Source: a virus
Lineage: Duplodnaviria > Caudoviricetes
Direction: 5' to 3' (one strand)
Virus record (IMG/VR): IMGVR_UViG_3300025639_000014
Coordinates: 1-31,066 of that record
DNA: 31,066 nucleotides
Every line of letters begins with the position of its first letter. Within the stretch, counting starts at the first letter, position 1. A program made the position numbers and the translations under genes. The notes below the pieces were generated by a model. It searched no databases and was not told where the DNA came from. It was given only the letters and a program-made list of their open reading frames with translations. This document shows, one piece after another, positions 7,496 to 17,343 of this stretch.

Positions 7496-7506
7496 AGGTA
7501 ACATAT

Positions 7507-8337
7507 ATGCCAATCGCAGTTCTAGAGCCAACGACAGGGACAGCTCCTAAAATACTAAGGTATCCATTAAATATAGGTCAGTCTACTTCTCCCGCTATAA
7601 TGTTTAGTTCACATACAGCTACTTACGGTAAAGCTGATGACTCTATAATTAAAGACTTAGGATATCATATAGCTCTTCATGTTGTTCCTGGTGTTTCTTT
7701 TAATGATAACATACAATATGAAGAAAGATCAGGTGGTGTTATAGGATCTATTTTAGACTCTGGGGGTAAATTTGATTTATCATTAGAAGGATTGAAAGGA
7801 GGTGCTAAGGACATAATGGACGGAGGTTCTGCACTTATTTCCACTCCTGCAGGTAAAGTAGCCGTGGGAGCTGTAATAGCTAAAAATGTAGGATTAGCGG
7901 CTGGTGGTATAGGAGGTACTGTAATCGCAGGGGGGTTAGACGAATTAACTAAAAAAACCCAAGTTGTATTACGAGAAAATCCTTTCATTACATTTAAAGG
8001 TGTAGGTCTTAGAGAATGGTCTTTTTCATGGGCCTTTATACCTGAGTCTAGAGAAGAGTCCTTAGTTGTTAAAGATATTATAAGAAATTTTCGAAAGTCA
8101 ATGTACCCAAAAAAATCCCCATTTACTTTGAATTTCCCTGAAGTATTTGATATAGAATTTATTAATGCACAATTCCCTAAGATGCCAGAAGTAGCTCTTC
8201 AATCATGTAGTGTTGTATATAATAAGGATTCTAATTCATTTTTTAAAGAAAACGATGAACCTGTAAGAGTTGATATGACACTAAATTTTAGAGAATTAAT
8301 GCCAATATATAGATCTCATGTTGAAAAAGGTTATTAA
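7507..8337 (+). CDS. gp48: Baseplate tail-tube cap gp48
   Basis: LRYPL, NP...FKGVGLR..SFSW.F.P.S.EES..V..II..FR..MYP, FP..F.I.F, L.....Y, PV...MTL.F.EL.......V..GY. Confidence 0.88.
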   Translation: MPIAVLEPTTGTAPKILRYPLNIGQSTSPAIMFSSHTATYGKADDSIIKDLGYHIALHVVPGVSFNDNIQYEERSGGVIGSILDSGGKFDLSLEGLKGGAKDIMDGGSALISTPAGKVAVGAVIAKNVGLAAGGIGGTVIAGGLDELTKKTQVVLRENPFITFKGVGLREWSFSWAFIPESREESLVVKDIIRNFRKSMYPKKSPFTLNFPEVFDIEFINAQFPKMPEVALQSCSVVYNKDSNSFFKENDEPVRVDMTLNFRELMPIYRSHVEKGY

Positions 8338-8342
8338 AGATT

Positions 8343-9599
8343 ATGGATGCCATAATAGGTAGTTATTCTAATTTCAAAGTTACAATAAAGTCACATACCT
8401 CTAATATATATGATGTTACAGATAATGTAACAAAACTTACTATATTTGAAGCTATTGATCAGTTCTTTTTAAGAGGTGATATGATTATGTATGATGATTC
8501 GGGACTAGTTAATCGTGTACCTCTAATAGGACAAGAAACAGTTCAGATAGAATTTAGAAAAGATGATATTGATCGTGTTCTTAATTTCCGTATAACTGAT
8601 GTATATTCTATAGAAAAAGTAGCAAGAAATGTTTCTTCTATAAGATTTAAATTAGTAACAGAAAAAGAATTCCTTAATTCTACTAAAACGTTTTCAAGAT
8701 CTTTTAGAGGTATTACTTCTGATATTATTAAAACAATATATAAAAGTTACTTAAATAGAGAAGTAGAAATATATGATAAAGGGTCATCATCTTATAATAT
8801 AGTATTCCCTTTTATTAAACCTTACCAGGCTATTGATAAGATATTAGATAAAGCATTTAATAATGAGAAATCACCATTATTCTTATTTGATACATTAAAT
8901 TCGGGGTCTACTACTAAGTTAATATCTTTTAATTCAATGATATCTAAAGATACTAAGGCTACTATACATGATTCTAATTTAATATCTTCTACAGGAAAAG
9001 ATGGTTCAACTGTTAGAGGATTAGCAGATCATAGAAATCATGTAACATCTATTAAACAAGAAACTGCATACGATACCCTTTCTATTCTATCTAAAGGAGC
9101 ATATGCATCTAATACTACTGTTATTGATATATCGAATAAAACTGTTTCCACAACCACTTTCAAGTATACAGATTCTGCTAAAATAAAGAATGAATTAATA
9201 TCTAAAGAATATAAAATAGATGATAAACCATTAGATGAATTATCTAACTCTAGACATTTTGTATCTAGAACAAATAATGTATCATTCGAAGCTGATGGGA
9301 TAATGTCTAACTATAATACAATCAATACTACATCATTAATGTCTAGATCATCATTTATTAATAGAATGAATGTTGCACGATTATCTGTACTTGTTGATCC
9401 TATTAAAGAAATAGAATGTGGTGATTGTTTAGATGTTAAAATACAACAAAATATACCAGCTCTTCAAAATCTACCTGAAGATATGGTATCATCCGGCAAA
9501 TATTTAATATCTGCCATTTCACATAATTTTGATAAAACAACATATTCAATGTCACTTGAATTAATTAGAGATTTTATAGGTGTTGAGCATGCAAGTTGA
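8343..9599 (+). CDS. Putative baseplate hub protein (gp27-like role)
   Basis: 418 aa directly before gp5. IFE.I....L.G.....D..GL....PLIGQE at the N-terminus and SGKYLISAISH.F....Y.MSLEL.RD at the C-terminus, typical of hub proteins. Confidence 0.7.
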   Translation: MDAIIGSYSNFKVTIKSHTSNIYDVTDNVTKLTIFEAIDQFFLRGDMIMYDDSGLVNRVPLIGQETVQIEFRKDDIDRVLNFRITDVYSIEKVARNVSSIRFKLVTEKEFLNSTKTFSRSFRGITSDIIKTIYKSYLNREVEIYDKGSSSYNIVFPFIKPYQAIDKILDKAFNNEKSPLFLFDTLNSGSTTKLISFNSMISKDTKATIHDSNLISSTGKDGSTVRGLADHRNHVTSIKQETAYDTLSILSKGAYASNTTVIDISNKTVSTTTFKYTDSAKIKNELISKEYKIDDKPLDELSNSRHFVSRTNNVSFEADGIMSNYNTINTTSLMSRSSFINRMNVARLSVLVDPIKEIECGDCLDVKIQQNIPALQNLPEDMVSSGKYLISAISHNFDKTTYSMSLELIRDFIGVEHAS

Positions 9600-10824
9600 G
9601 TTAGGTGTAGTAGAAGATAGAATGGATCCATTAGAAATGGGTCGTGTAAGAGTGCGTATATTAGGAAAACATTCACCTAATTTATCTGAAATACCAACTG
9701 AGTCATTACCATGGGCTACAGTAATGCTTCCAACAACATCACCATCTGTATCTGGTTTAGGTCATACACAATTCCTAGTAGAAGGGTCATGGGTTGTACT
9801 AGCATTTAATGATGATTTTATGCAAGATCCTATTGTACTTGGTACTGTATCGGGTATGCCTGCAGAAACAGCATTCGATCAGGAACCTGACTCTGTTGAA
9901 ACTAAAGGTTTTAAAGATCCATTCTCTAACTATCCTTTCTTTGCAGGTGAACCTGATTATAATAGATTAGGGCGTGGTAAGAATGCCGACAATCATATAG
10001 CATTAATGCAACGGAGAGCATTAAAAGTAACTGATATACCTAAAGCTACTAAACCTGATGTTGCAACAGTTGAAGCCCTACCACCTGATCCACCCTCTAA
10101 ATGGGACGAACCTGATCCTAAATCTAATACTTATGCACAATATCCGTTCAATCATGTATATGAGTCTGAATCAGGTCATGTAATAGAAGTAGATGATTCC
10201 CCTGATGGTGAACGTCTAATGACTCAACATAAATCAGGTACATTTGAAGAAATACATCCTACAGGTGATAAAGTAACAAAGATTGTACGAGATCAGTTTG
10301 AGATAACCATAGGTAAGAAATCTGTATATGTTATGGGATCATGTGATCTTACTGTAGACGGTAATGTCCGACAACTTATTAAAGGAGATTATGTATTAGA
10401 AGTTGAAGGTGATATGACTACTAAAGTACATAAAAACAGATATACTAAGATCGGTGCTAGAGGCAAAGTTGATGGTGGTGGTAATGACGCCTTTGAGATT
10501 ATAGGTAATCGTACAGGTAATATATCTAAAGGTGAGATACTAACAATACATGAAGATTCTACTATTAATACATTCCTGAATCATAAACATACTATTAATG
10601 GTAATTGGGATCAAACTATAAAGGGTCATACTCAGATCACTACTACAAAAGAATGTAACCTAACTACTCATGGTAATTTTGGAACATTCTCTGCAGAGAA
10701 CTCATCAATAAAAGTAGGGTTAAAGTTACAAGTTGATTCAGGTGAACTAATGACTATTAAAACAGCAACAGAAAATATTGAACTACTTTCTGGTGGTGAT
10801 ATTCATCTAAACAAGGATAAATAA
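9589..10824 (+). CDS. gp5: Baseplate central spike gp5 (OB fold + beta-helix, no lysozyme domain)
   Basis: GVVEDRMDPLEMGRVRVRILG.H, LPWA, GSWV, YPFNHVYESESGHVIEVDD.PD.ER....H.SGTFEEIHP.G, then V.G repeats. The ATG at 9589 (AGGTG SD) is preferred over GTG 9580. Confidence 0.93.
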   Translation: MQVELGVVEDRMDPLEMGRVRVRILGKHSPNLSEIPTESLPWATVMLPTTSPSVSGLGHTQFLVEGSWVVLAFNDDFMQDPIVLGTVSGMPAETAFDQEPDSVETKGFKDPFSNYPFFAGEPDYNRLGRGKNADNHIALMQRRALKVTDIPKATKPDVATVEALPPDPPSKWDEPDPKSNTYAQYPFNHVYESESGHVIEVDDSPDGERLMTQHKSGTFEEIHPTGDKVTKIVRDQFEITIGKKSVYVMGSCDLTVDGNVRQLIKGDYVLEVEGDMTTKVHKNRYTKIGARGKVDGGGNDAFEIIGNRTGNISKGEILTIHEDSTINTFLNHKHTINGNWDQTIKGHTQITTTKECNLTTHGNFGTFSAENSSIKVGLKLQVDSGELMTIKTATENIELLSGGDIHLNKDK

Positions 10825-10826
10825 GC

Positions 10827-11756
10827 ATGATTTGTGGAATAGATGTAGATGCCCTCTTAGGTGGATTACAGGACGAATTAGACGCTGCTAAAAAGAAAGC
10901 GTTGGAGATGGTGGATCAAGGGATCGCTGATGCTAAAGCTACTGCAGAGCAGATGAAAGCAGATGCCATAGCTGCGATTGAAGGCTGGATGCCACCACTT
11001 CCAGATCCCCTTCTCGAATTACCAGAGATGGAAGCAATGTCCGTAGAACTTATGGAGATGAAAGATACTCTAGACGGATATGCATCAGATCTTGCTACCT
11101 TTGCTGAAGGTAAGATACCCAAGGATATCCAAGCGGGCATTGATAAAAAAATAGCATCTGCTAAAAAAGAATTTAAAGAATCATGGGGTGAAGGGCTGGA
11201 TAAAGCAGGTGTAGACTTAGATGCAATATTAAGTGCCTTAGACGGTGATGATATAGATATATGTGCTATTATACCTAATGTACAAAAAGGTGTGGATGGT
11301 GCAATAGAGTTATTACCTAATATGCCTAAGTTTCCTTTTGAGGGTGCATTAGGAGAAATAAAGTCGGAGATATCAGAAGCGGCAACAGTAGCAAAAGGGA
11401 AACTTACAGAGTTTGGTGCTGATGTTGAGGCTGGTGTAGGTGCTATAGCAACACAAGTTAAAAATGCCACAGATGATGCTGAGATTAAGTTAGCAAGAAT
11501 GGGTAAGGCACCCTCGTCTAGACGAGCACCAATGGAGAAACCTGAAAAACCAGAGCTTCTTACGATTACTCTAGATGAATTAAGGGCACGATACCCACGT
11601 CCAGAAAGTATGGATGTTTCTGAATATGAGTCTGAAATGATGGCTATGTATAGGGAGAAGAAAGGTCTTGCAAAAATGATTAATAAAAATGCAGAGGACA
11701 GATATAATACTGCCTTAGCTCTTTGGGAAAAACAACAACCTTTAATAACAAAGTAG
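10827..11756 (+). CDS. Hypothetical acidic, Ala-rich helical protein between gp5 and gp25
   Basis: 309-aa ORF tightly packed in the operon. N-terminal MICG and an internal DICAIIPN. No recognisable family. Confidence 0.75.
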   Translation: MICGIDVDALLGGLQDELDAAKKKALEMVDQGIADAKATAEQMKADAIAAIEGWMPPLPDPLLELPEMEAMSVELMEMKDTLDGYASDLATFAEGKIPKDIQAGIDKKIASAKKEFKESWGEGLDKAGVDLDAILSALDGDDIDICAIIPNVQKGVDGAIELLPNMPKFPFEGALGEIKSEISEAATVAKGKLTEFGADVEAGVGAIATQVKNATDDAEIKLARMGKAPSSRRAPMEKPEKPELLTITLDELRARYPRPESMDVSEYESEMMAMYREKKGLAKMINKNAEDRYNTALALWEKQQPLITK

Positions 11757-11765
11757 GTAAACCAG

Positions 11766-11773
11766 TATAAATA
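11766..11773 (+). promoter_or_regulatory. Late promoter for gp25
   Basis: TATAAATA, 5 nt before the gp25 ATG. Confidence 0.8.
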
Positions 11774-11778
11774 CTATT

Positions 11779-12189
11779 ATGAATCAAGTACTCAATTCCA
11801 GAAAGTTTCATTATACAGATCTAGATCTAAGGTTTAGAGAATCCCCTATGACATCTGATATTGTTCTACAGACAGATGTTGCTGCAGTAAAACAATCTGT
11901 AATGAATATCTTAATGACTAATAAAGGTGAGAAAGTATTTGATGATCTTTATGGTGGTAATCTAAGAAGTTATTTATTTGAGTTATGGGATTCTATAACA
12001 TCAGCTGCTATTAAAGCAAGAATATTATCTACTTTAACTAATTATGAACCACGCATTCAAGTAACTAGTATAGATGTAGATGATACACGAATGGATGCTA
12101 ATGCTCTAACTATTTCAATAGATATGATAATATTGTCACCAGTTGAAGTAGAAACAACAGTAGAATTCATAGTAGAGCGTATACGATGA
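11779..12189 (+). CDS. gp25: Baseplate wedge subunit gp25
   Basis: Y.DLDL.F...P...DI....D..AVKQS..NI.MT..GE..F...YG..L...LFE, YEPRI, ERIR. Confidence 0.93.
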   Translation: MNQVLNSRKFHYTDLDLRFRESPMTSDIVLQTDVAAVKQSVMNILMTNKGEKVFDDLYGGNLRSYLFELWDSITSAAIKARILSTLTNYEPRIQVTSIDVDDTRMDANALTISIDMIILSPVEVETTVEFIVERIR

Positions 12190-12926
12190 TGAAAGGTTAT
12201 TTTTCAGATTTCCCTAAGACACCCTATAATATAGATGGTGTTGATTATAATATGACTAATCTTACAAGTTATGTTGATATTGATTTATTAAAAGGTGATG
12301 ATATTGATTTTTATTCTTTTGTAACAATACCTGATGGATATAGACCTGATAATATGTCTACTGTATTATATGGGACAGATAGTCATTATTGGACATTCTT
12401 TTTAGTAAATGAACGTCTTAAAGATTTATATACAGATTGGCCTAAATCATTAAAAGCTGTATATGATAATGCAGCAATTAAATATCCTGGTGTAGGTATC
12501 AACATACATGAAGATGACTTGTCTAAGTTTTCTATTGATAGAGTTATTAAGAAAGTTAATAATGATCATGTGTATAAAGTAATAGGTATTCATGCCACAT
12601 CATTATGGATACAATTAGAACCATTATTAGATTCTCCTGCTATATCTAATGATATAGAGATGACTTTTGCTGATGATACAAGTATTACATTCACTACTAT
12701 AGGTACATCTAAGAAGTCATATAATATGCCACATCATTATGTGTATAATAATAATCTAGATTTACCTATATTATATACATCATCAGATTCATCAGCAATA
12801 CCAGTTTCTAATTTAGATGTATTGATAGATGAGAATGAAACAAAATCCTTAATTAGAGCAATCAAGCCAGAGATTATCAACAAAGTGGTTGATCAATTTA
12901 AATCAGAAATAAAAAAACGAGATTAG
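12186..12926 (+). CDS. gp53: Baseplate wedge subunit gp53
   Basis: YFS.FP...Y, LysM-like I.DG.RPD..S..LYG....YWTFFL.N....DWP, PHHY, VSN......NE.K..IR.IKP..I..VV.QF. Confidence 0.88.
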   Translation: MMKGYFSDFPKTPYNIDGVDYNMTNLTSYVDIDLLKGDDIDFYSFVTIPDGYRPDNMSTVLYGTDSHYWTFFLVNERLKDLYTDWPKSLKAVYDNAAIKYPGVGINIHEDDLSKFSIDRVIKKVNNDHVYKVIGIHATSLWIQLEPLLDSPAISNDIEMTFADDTSITFTTIGTSKKSYNMPHHYVYNNNLDLPILYTSSDSSAIPVSNLDVLIDENETKSLIRAIKPEIINKVVDQFKSEIKKRD

Positions 12927-12929
12927 TAT

Positions 12930-14786
12930 ATGGCTATCACACCTAACACCAATAAATTAAACTTTCATGAAATTAAGTCAGAATTAAAAGAATATCTTAA
13001 ATCCCAAGATAAATTAAAAGACTATAATTTTGAAGGATCTGTTATTAATTCAGTACTAGATGTATTGGCATATACTACACACTATAATGCATTTAATGCT
13101 AATATGGCTGTAAATGAATCCTTCTTAGATACATCACAATTAAGAAGTTCAGCGGTATCACATGCTAAGTTATTAGGATATACTCCAAGATCATATAGTT
13201 CATCTACAGTAAGAGCTGATATATCTGGTATTGATAACAAAACTGTATTAGAACGTGGATCTACATTTTCCTCTATATCAAACGATAATATACCTGTTAC
13301 TTTTGTAGTAAAAACTCCAGTAGAAAAGGTCAACTCTGTATACCAAGATGTTACATTAGTAGAAGGTAAACTAGTAGAAGATGAATATCGTTACAATGTA
13401 GAGGATAATGAACCTTTCTATCTATCTAATAAAAATTGTAATATCTCAACATTAGTAGTAACTGTATTAAAACCTACTGTAACTAATGTTGATGGTGGAC
13501 AATCAAAACTGTATATACCTATTAAATCAATATCAGATGTTCTTACAATATCTAATCTATACTGGACACAAGAAAATAAGAATGGTTTATATTCTGTGTA
13601 TTTCGGTGATGGTATAATAGGGGATAAATTAGAAAATGGTGATATTGTAAGCTTATCATATATTGCTGGTTCAAATATAGATCCTTCAATATATGATAAT
13701 ATATCAAATATATATGATGAGTCCTCTGTATATTCTATTAACCTATTCGGACAACAAACATCAGGTGGTGATACTAAAGAATCAATAGAATCTATTAAAT
13801 TCAATTCACCTCTTGGTTATGTTGCACAAAATAGAGCAGTTACTACAGATGATTATATTGCACTTATAAGAAAGGAAAAATCAGGAATAAAATCTATTAA
13901 GGTGTGGGGTGGTGAAACAGAAATACCACCATCACCAGGAAATGTGTTTATATCCATAGTACCGGAAACGGGTGATGTATTAAGTTTATCTGATAAACAT
14001 GATATTCAAACCTATATTTCGAAAAAGAATATTATTGGAATAAATACTATTATCAAAGATCCTGTTTATATTAATATGCATCTGGATATAAAATATGATA
14101 TGACACCGTATGCTGCACAGTCACATGGTCAACTCTCTGAGTTAATTAAGGGGGCTGTTTTAGAATACAATAATAATGTATTAAAATCATTTGAAGGTAT
14201 CTTTCGCAAATCAGCTCTTCTATCTATAATTGATAAGGTAAGTCCTTCTATATTAAGTTCTTATGTAACATCTAAAATAGCTAAAGATATTAATATTGTA
14301 GATTCTATATCAAGCCAATCCTCGAAAGTTTTAGAGAAGTATTATGAGGGTGGTGATAATGCAGAATGGAATCATATAGAAAACACTAGAAAACAATCAT
14401 GGGCTTTTGATGTAGAATTTACAGATCAGATAGTATCTAACCCTAATATAACTAATATTATATCATCTTCTATATTCAATTATAATAATATGGAATGTAT
14501 GTTTTTAGATAAGTATTCTACTCTTAATAATCAAAGAGATATTAATATTGTACAGGCCTCAAACAATGATTTTATTGTTGAACGGAATGTAGGTGTAGTA
14601 GATTCATTGGGGGGTATTATTCATATTAATAGTTTAACATTATCATTAACTGAACTTATTGATGAGTTTAGAGATAAGATTATAGAGTTTAAAGTTATAC
14701 CCAGAAATGTTGATGTACATCCAAAATTTAATAATATATTAAGTATAAAGGCATCAGATATTAATGTATATACTATAGTCAAATAG
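12930..14786 (+). CDS. gp6: Baseplate wedge subunit gp6
   Basis: L.F..IK..LK.YL..Q....DYNFEGS....LDVLAY.THYNA..ANM..NE.FLD..QLR.S.VSHAK.LGYTPRS, FGDG..G, ESIESIKF..P.....QNRAVT..DY, WGGE. Confidence 0.95.
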   Translation: MAITPNTNKLNFHEIKSELKEYLKSQDKLKDYNFEGSVINSVLDVLAYTTHYNAFNANMAVNESFLDTSQLRSSAVSHAKLLGYTPRSYSSSTVRADISGIDNKTVLERGSTFSSISNDNIPVTFVVKTPVEKVNSVYQDVTLVEGKLVEDEYRYNVEDNEPFYLSNKNCNISTLVVTVLKPTVTNVDGGQSKLYIPIKSISDVLTISNLYWTQENKNGLYSVYFGDGIIGDKLENGDIVSLSYIAGSNIDPSIYDNISNIYDESSVYSINLFGQQTSGGDTKESIESIKFNSPLGYVAQNRAVTTDDYIALIRKEKSGIKSIKVWGGETEIPPSPGNVFISIVPETGDVLSLSDKHDIQTYISKKNIIGINTIIKDPVYINMHLDIKYDMTPYAAQSHGQLSELIKGAVLEYNNNVLKSFEGIFRKSALLSIIDKVSPSILSSYVTSKIAKDINIVDSISSQSSKVLEKYYEGGDNAEWNHIENTRKQSWAFDVEFTDQIVSNPNITNIISSSIFNYNNMECMFLDKYSTLNNQRDINIVQASNNDFIVERNVGVVDSLGGIIHINSLTLSLTELIDEFRDKIIEFKVIPRNVDVHPKFNNILSIKASDINVYTIVK

Positions 14787-14795
14787 AGAATAATT

Positions 14796-15701
14796 ATGAG
14801 TTTAGGTCGAAAATATAATAAAAAAATACCTAATGCATCTGAGATATTACCAGATCATCTATCTGTTAATAATGAGGATTATATATCCTTTTTAAATGGA
14901 TATACTGGTTTTTTAGAAAGTCATTCAAAACTAGTAGAATATTTACACATCATTGATAATAAAGATATTGATATATCTGGTATACATAATCATCTAAAAA
15001 CTAATGTTGGGTTGTCTATACCAGATACATATACAGCTTCAAAAGAACAATTATATAAAGAATTGAATGAACTTTACAGAACGTCAGGAACCACGGAATC
15101 ACTTAAACTATTCTTTAAGATATTTTATGAATCACCTAATATAGAGGTGCATTATCCAGGGGAATCATGTTTAACGGCATCACCTGATGTATCGGTTCAA
15201 GGTCACTTAAATAATGCTAATATTAAGATACAAGATTCTTTCTTCTATCAAATTTATTCATATATGATACTTAATGTGAATATAAATAGAAGAGAATGGA
15301 ATAGTATGTTTCAGAAATCACAACACCCTGCAGGGTATGTTATATTTTCTGAAATAGTGTATTCTACTATAGCAGATCATCCTGTGTTCTCTGATCTAAC
15401 TGCTAATAATACATGCATGGAACGGACAGAAAGTCAAATATGTTCTATGATAATCAAAGACTTAATAACATTTGATACCTCTTCTATTACCTCATATGCT
15501 AAAGAGTCATTAATGGAGAGGATATTATTATTCTTCTCTAAATTAGACCGCCCTTTTGGGATGAATGCATGGTTTGATGAATATAAGTTTTTATTAATCT
15601 CATCCTCTGGTGCTTGGAACCAATATACAATTAACGATGTGTCAACATTTTCTATTCCTGGTAACATTGAAGCATCTTTAAATGATTTAGGTCTTACGTG
15701 A
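14796..15701 (+). CDS. gp7: Baseplate wedge protein, short gp7-like
   Basis: LP.......F..GY, LY...GT.ES...FFKIFY......YP, KIQDS.FYQ.YSY, HPAG..IFSE. Located between gp6 and gp8. Confidence 0.78.
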   Translation: MSLGRKYNKKIPNASEILPDHLSVNNEDYISFLNGYTGFLESHSKLVEYLHIIDNKDIDISGIHNHLKTNVGLSIPDTYTASKEQLYKELNELYRTSGTTESLKLFFKIFYESPNIEVHYPGESCLTASPDVSVQGHLNNANIKIQDSFFYQIYSYMILNVNINRREWNSMFQKSQHPAGYVIFSEIVYSTIADHPVFSDLTANNTCMERTESQICSMIIKDLITFDTSSITSYAKESLMERILLFFSKLDRPFGMNAWFDEYKFLLISSSGAWNQYTINDVSTFSIPGNIEASLNDLGLT

Positions 15702-15710
15702 AATAATTAA

Positions 15711-15718
15711 TATAAATA
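15711..15718 (+). promoter_or_regulatory. Late promoter for the gp8 operon
   Basis: Intergenic TATAAATA, with a TAAGGT SD before the ATG at 15773. Confidence 0.75.
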
Positions 15719-15772
15719 TATTAAACGCACTCAGTTTAAATAAAGAATAACATACAATAAGGTTTATTACAT

Positions 15773-17329
15773 ATGACAGCTATAATAACAAGTAAATTTA
15801 GAATATCAGCGGCTAAGTTTATCAAAGAGAAAATAAAAGAAGATCCTTATTTTATGTTTCTTGGAAGAAATCAAGCATGGCATAATGAGGACATTAGTTT
15901 AGCTAATGTTGATAATACAGTAGTAGAAGCTACAGACGATAATATTCAAGTTACTCATTATGATGCATATCAGAATATGCAACTAATTAAAAAGATCAAC
16001 TCTAATCAGGTTGAATTATGTACATCTCGAAGCACATGGATATCAGGAACACAATATAGAGCCTGGGATCCTAAACATACGGATTTAAATCATAATTCAT
16101 TTGACTCCCCCTTGTCTGATAGAGTAACAGTAGGGCGTGATGTATTTTTATGTCTTTATGCTCCTGTAGATACAGTAACACACAATCAGACTGATTCAAC
16201 AATAACTTCAATTTCAACAGTTCAATCAACAGTTGCTCCTACAATACAAACCGAAATAGGAAAAGTAGAGAAGACTTCTGATAATTATATATGGAAGTAT
16301 CTATATACAATTTCTGATGAAATGAATTCTGGTTTCACTACAGATTCTTTTATGCCAGTTTCTAACCCAGATCCTGCATCTACTGATGCACGTGATGTAA
16401 ATCAAAGTGAAGTACAAAATACTGCCTCCTTAGGTAAAGTATATACTGTCTCTATTGCATTCGGTGGCAAATATCCAGGAAATGAAAAACCTGTAGTACA
16501 GGTTATAGGAGACGGTAATTTAGCACAATATGCAGATAATATTATTCCACCTGAAAATATTGATATGGTTTCTTGGACTGACTCAGAGGGAGTTTCATGG
16601 AGTTTCATTAAAGAGATTAGGTTGCATGATATAAGTACAACAGCAGAACAGCTTAATGGTATTACTACCCAACCCTTAATTGATGCATGGAATCAAGCAT
16701 CAATTGTATTTACATCTACAGCCTCAGAGAGTACTTCTGCAGTAGCCTCTTTAGTATTACCTAATACAGGTGGTTTTGGTAAATCTGCTCAGTATGATCT
16801 TAATGCACACAATTTAGGTGTTAATTGTAAATTTGATTTTGACCCTGCACAGTTTGTAACATCACCAATGTTTAGAGAAATTGGTGTTATCACTTCTGTT
16901 GAAAAGCAGACAGTAGGCACAGGTGAATCCCCACTATACGCCTCAGCAGACCCGACTTCTACATTAAAGAAACTTGTTTTAAATGATCCATTAAATGACA
17001 ATAATGTAGCAGCTCTTTTTGGGTCAGATGTTAAAATTAAAATGCAAACCGCAGCTGGGATGGTCTCTGCACATTTAGATTATGTTCAAGGAAATAGTAT
17101 ATATTATCATCAAGATGAATCTACAGGTTTCTTAGACTTTAAAGTATCAGGAAGTGTAGTTACGGAGTCTGAAACAAATGGTCAACCGACAGGCACAGCA
17201 GAAGTTATATCAGTAGATAGTCCTGATATTAAAAGATTCTCTGGGGACATTATATATCTAGAAAAACGGAGAAAGGTCCTCAGATCAGATGATCAAATTG
17301 AAAATATTAAATTAATAATAGAACTATAA
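15773..17329 (+). CDS. gp8: Baseplate wedge subunit gp8
   Basis: MTAIITSKFR, Y.FLGR...W, W.SG..Y, D.YIWKYLYTI......F....FMPV, FR.IG, SGDIIY.E.R...R..DQ.E.IKLIIE. Confidence 0.92.
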   Translation: MTAIITSKFRISAAKFIKEKIKEDPYFMFLGRNQAWHNEDISLANVDNTVVEATDDNIQVTHYDAYQNMQLIKKINSNQVELCTSRSTWISGTQYRAWDPKHTDLNHNSFDSPLSDRVTVGRDVFLCLYAPVDTVTHNQTDSTITSISTVQSTVAPTIQTEIGKVEKTSDNYIWKYLYTISDEMNSGFTTDSFMPVSNPDPASTDARDVNQSEVQNTASLGKVYTVSIAFGGKYPGNEKPVVQVIGDGNLAQYADNIIPPENIDMVSWTDSEGVSWSFIKEIRLHDISTTAEQLNGITTQPLIDAWNQASIVFTSTASESTSAVASLVLPNTGGFGKSAQYDLNAHNLGVNCKFDFDPAQFVTSPMFREIGVITSVEKQTVGTGESPLYASADPTSTLKKLVLNDPLNDNNVAALFGSDVKIKMQTAAGMVSAHLDYVQGNSIYYHQDESTGFLDFKVSGSVVTESETNGQPTGTAEVISVDSPDIKRFSGDIIYLEKRRKVLRSDDQIENIKLIIEL

Positions 17330-17343
17330 TAGGAATATAATCC

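Noticed and set aside
10916-11470. 184-aa antisense ORF, and the similar ORFs at 4349, 4852, 7677, 9464, 13082, 13418, 15434, 16402, 16789, 22014, 23554, 24238, 26482, 27300, 28507, 28752 and 29789
   Set aside because: These are shadow frames fully or largely overlapping well-supported genes on the opposite strand, mostly Ser/Ile/Pro-rich, with no evident initiation signals.
15281-15288. TATAAATA inside gp7
   Set aside because: It is intragenic in very AT-rich DNA, and gp8 has its own intergenic box, so chance is likely.
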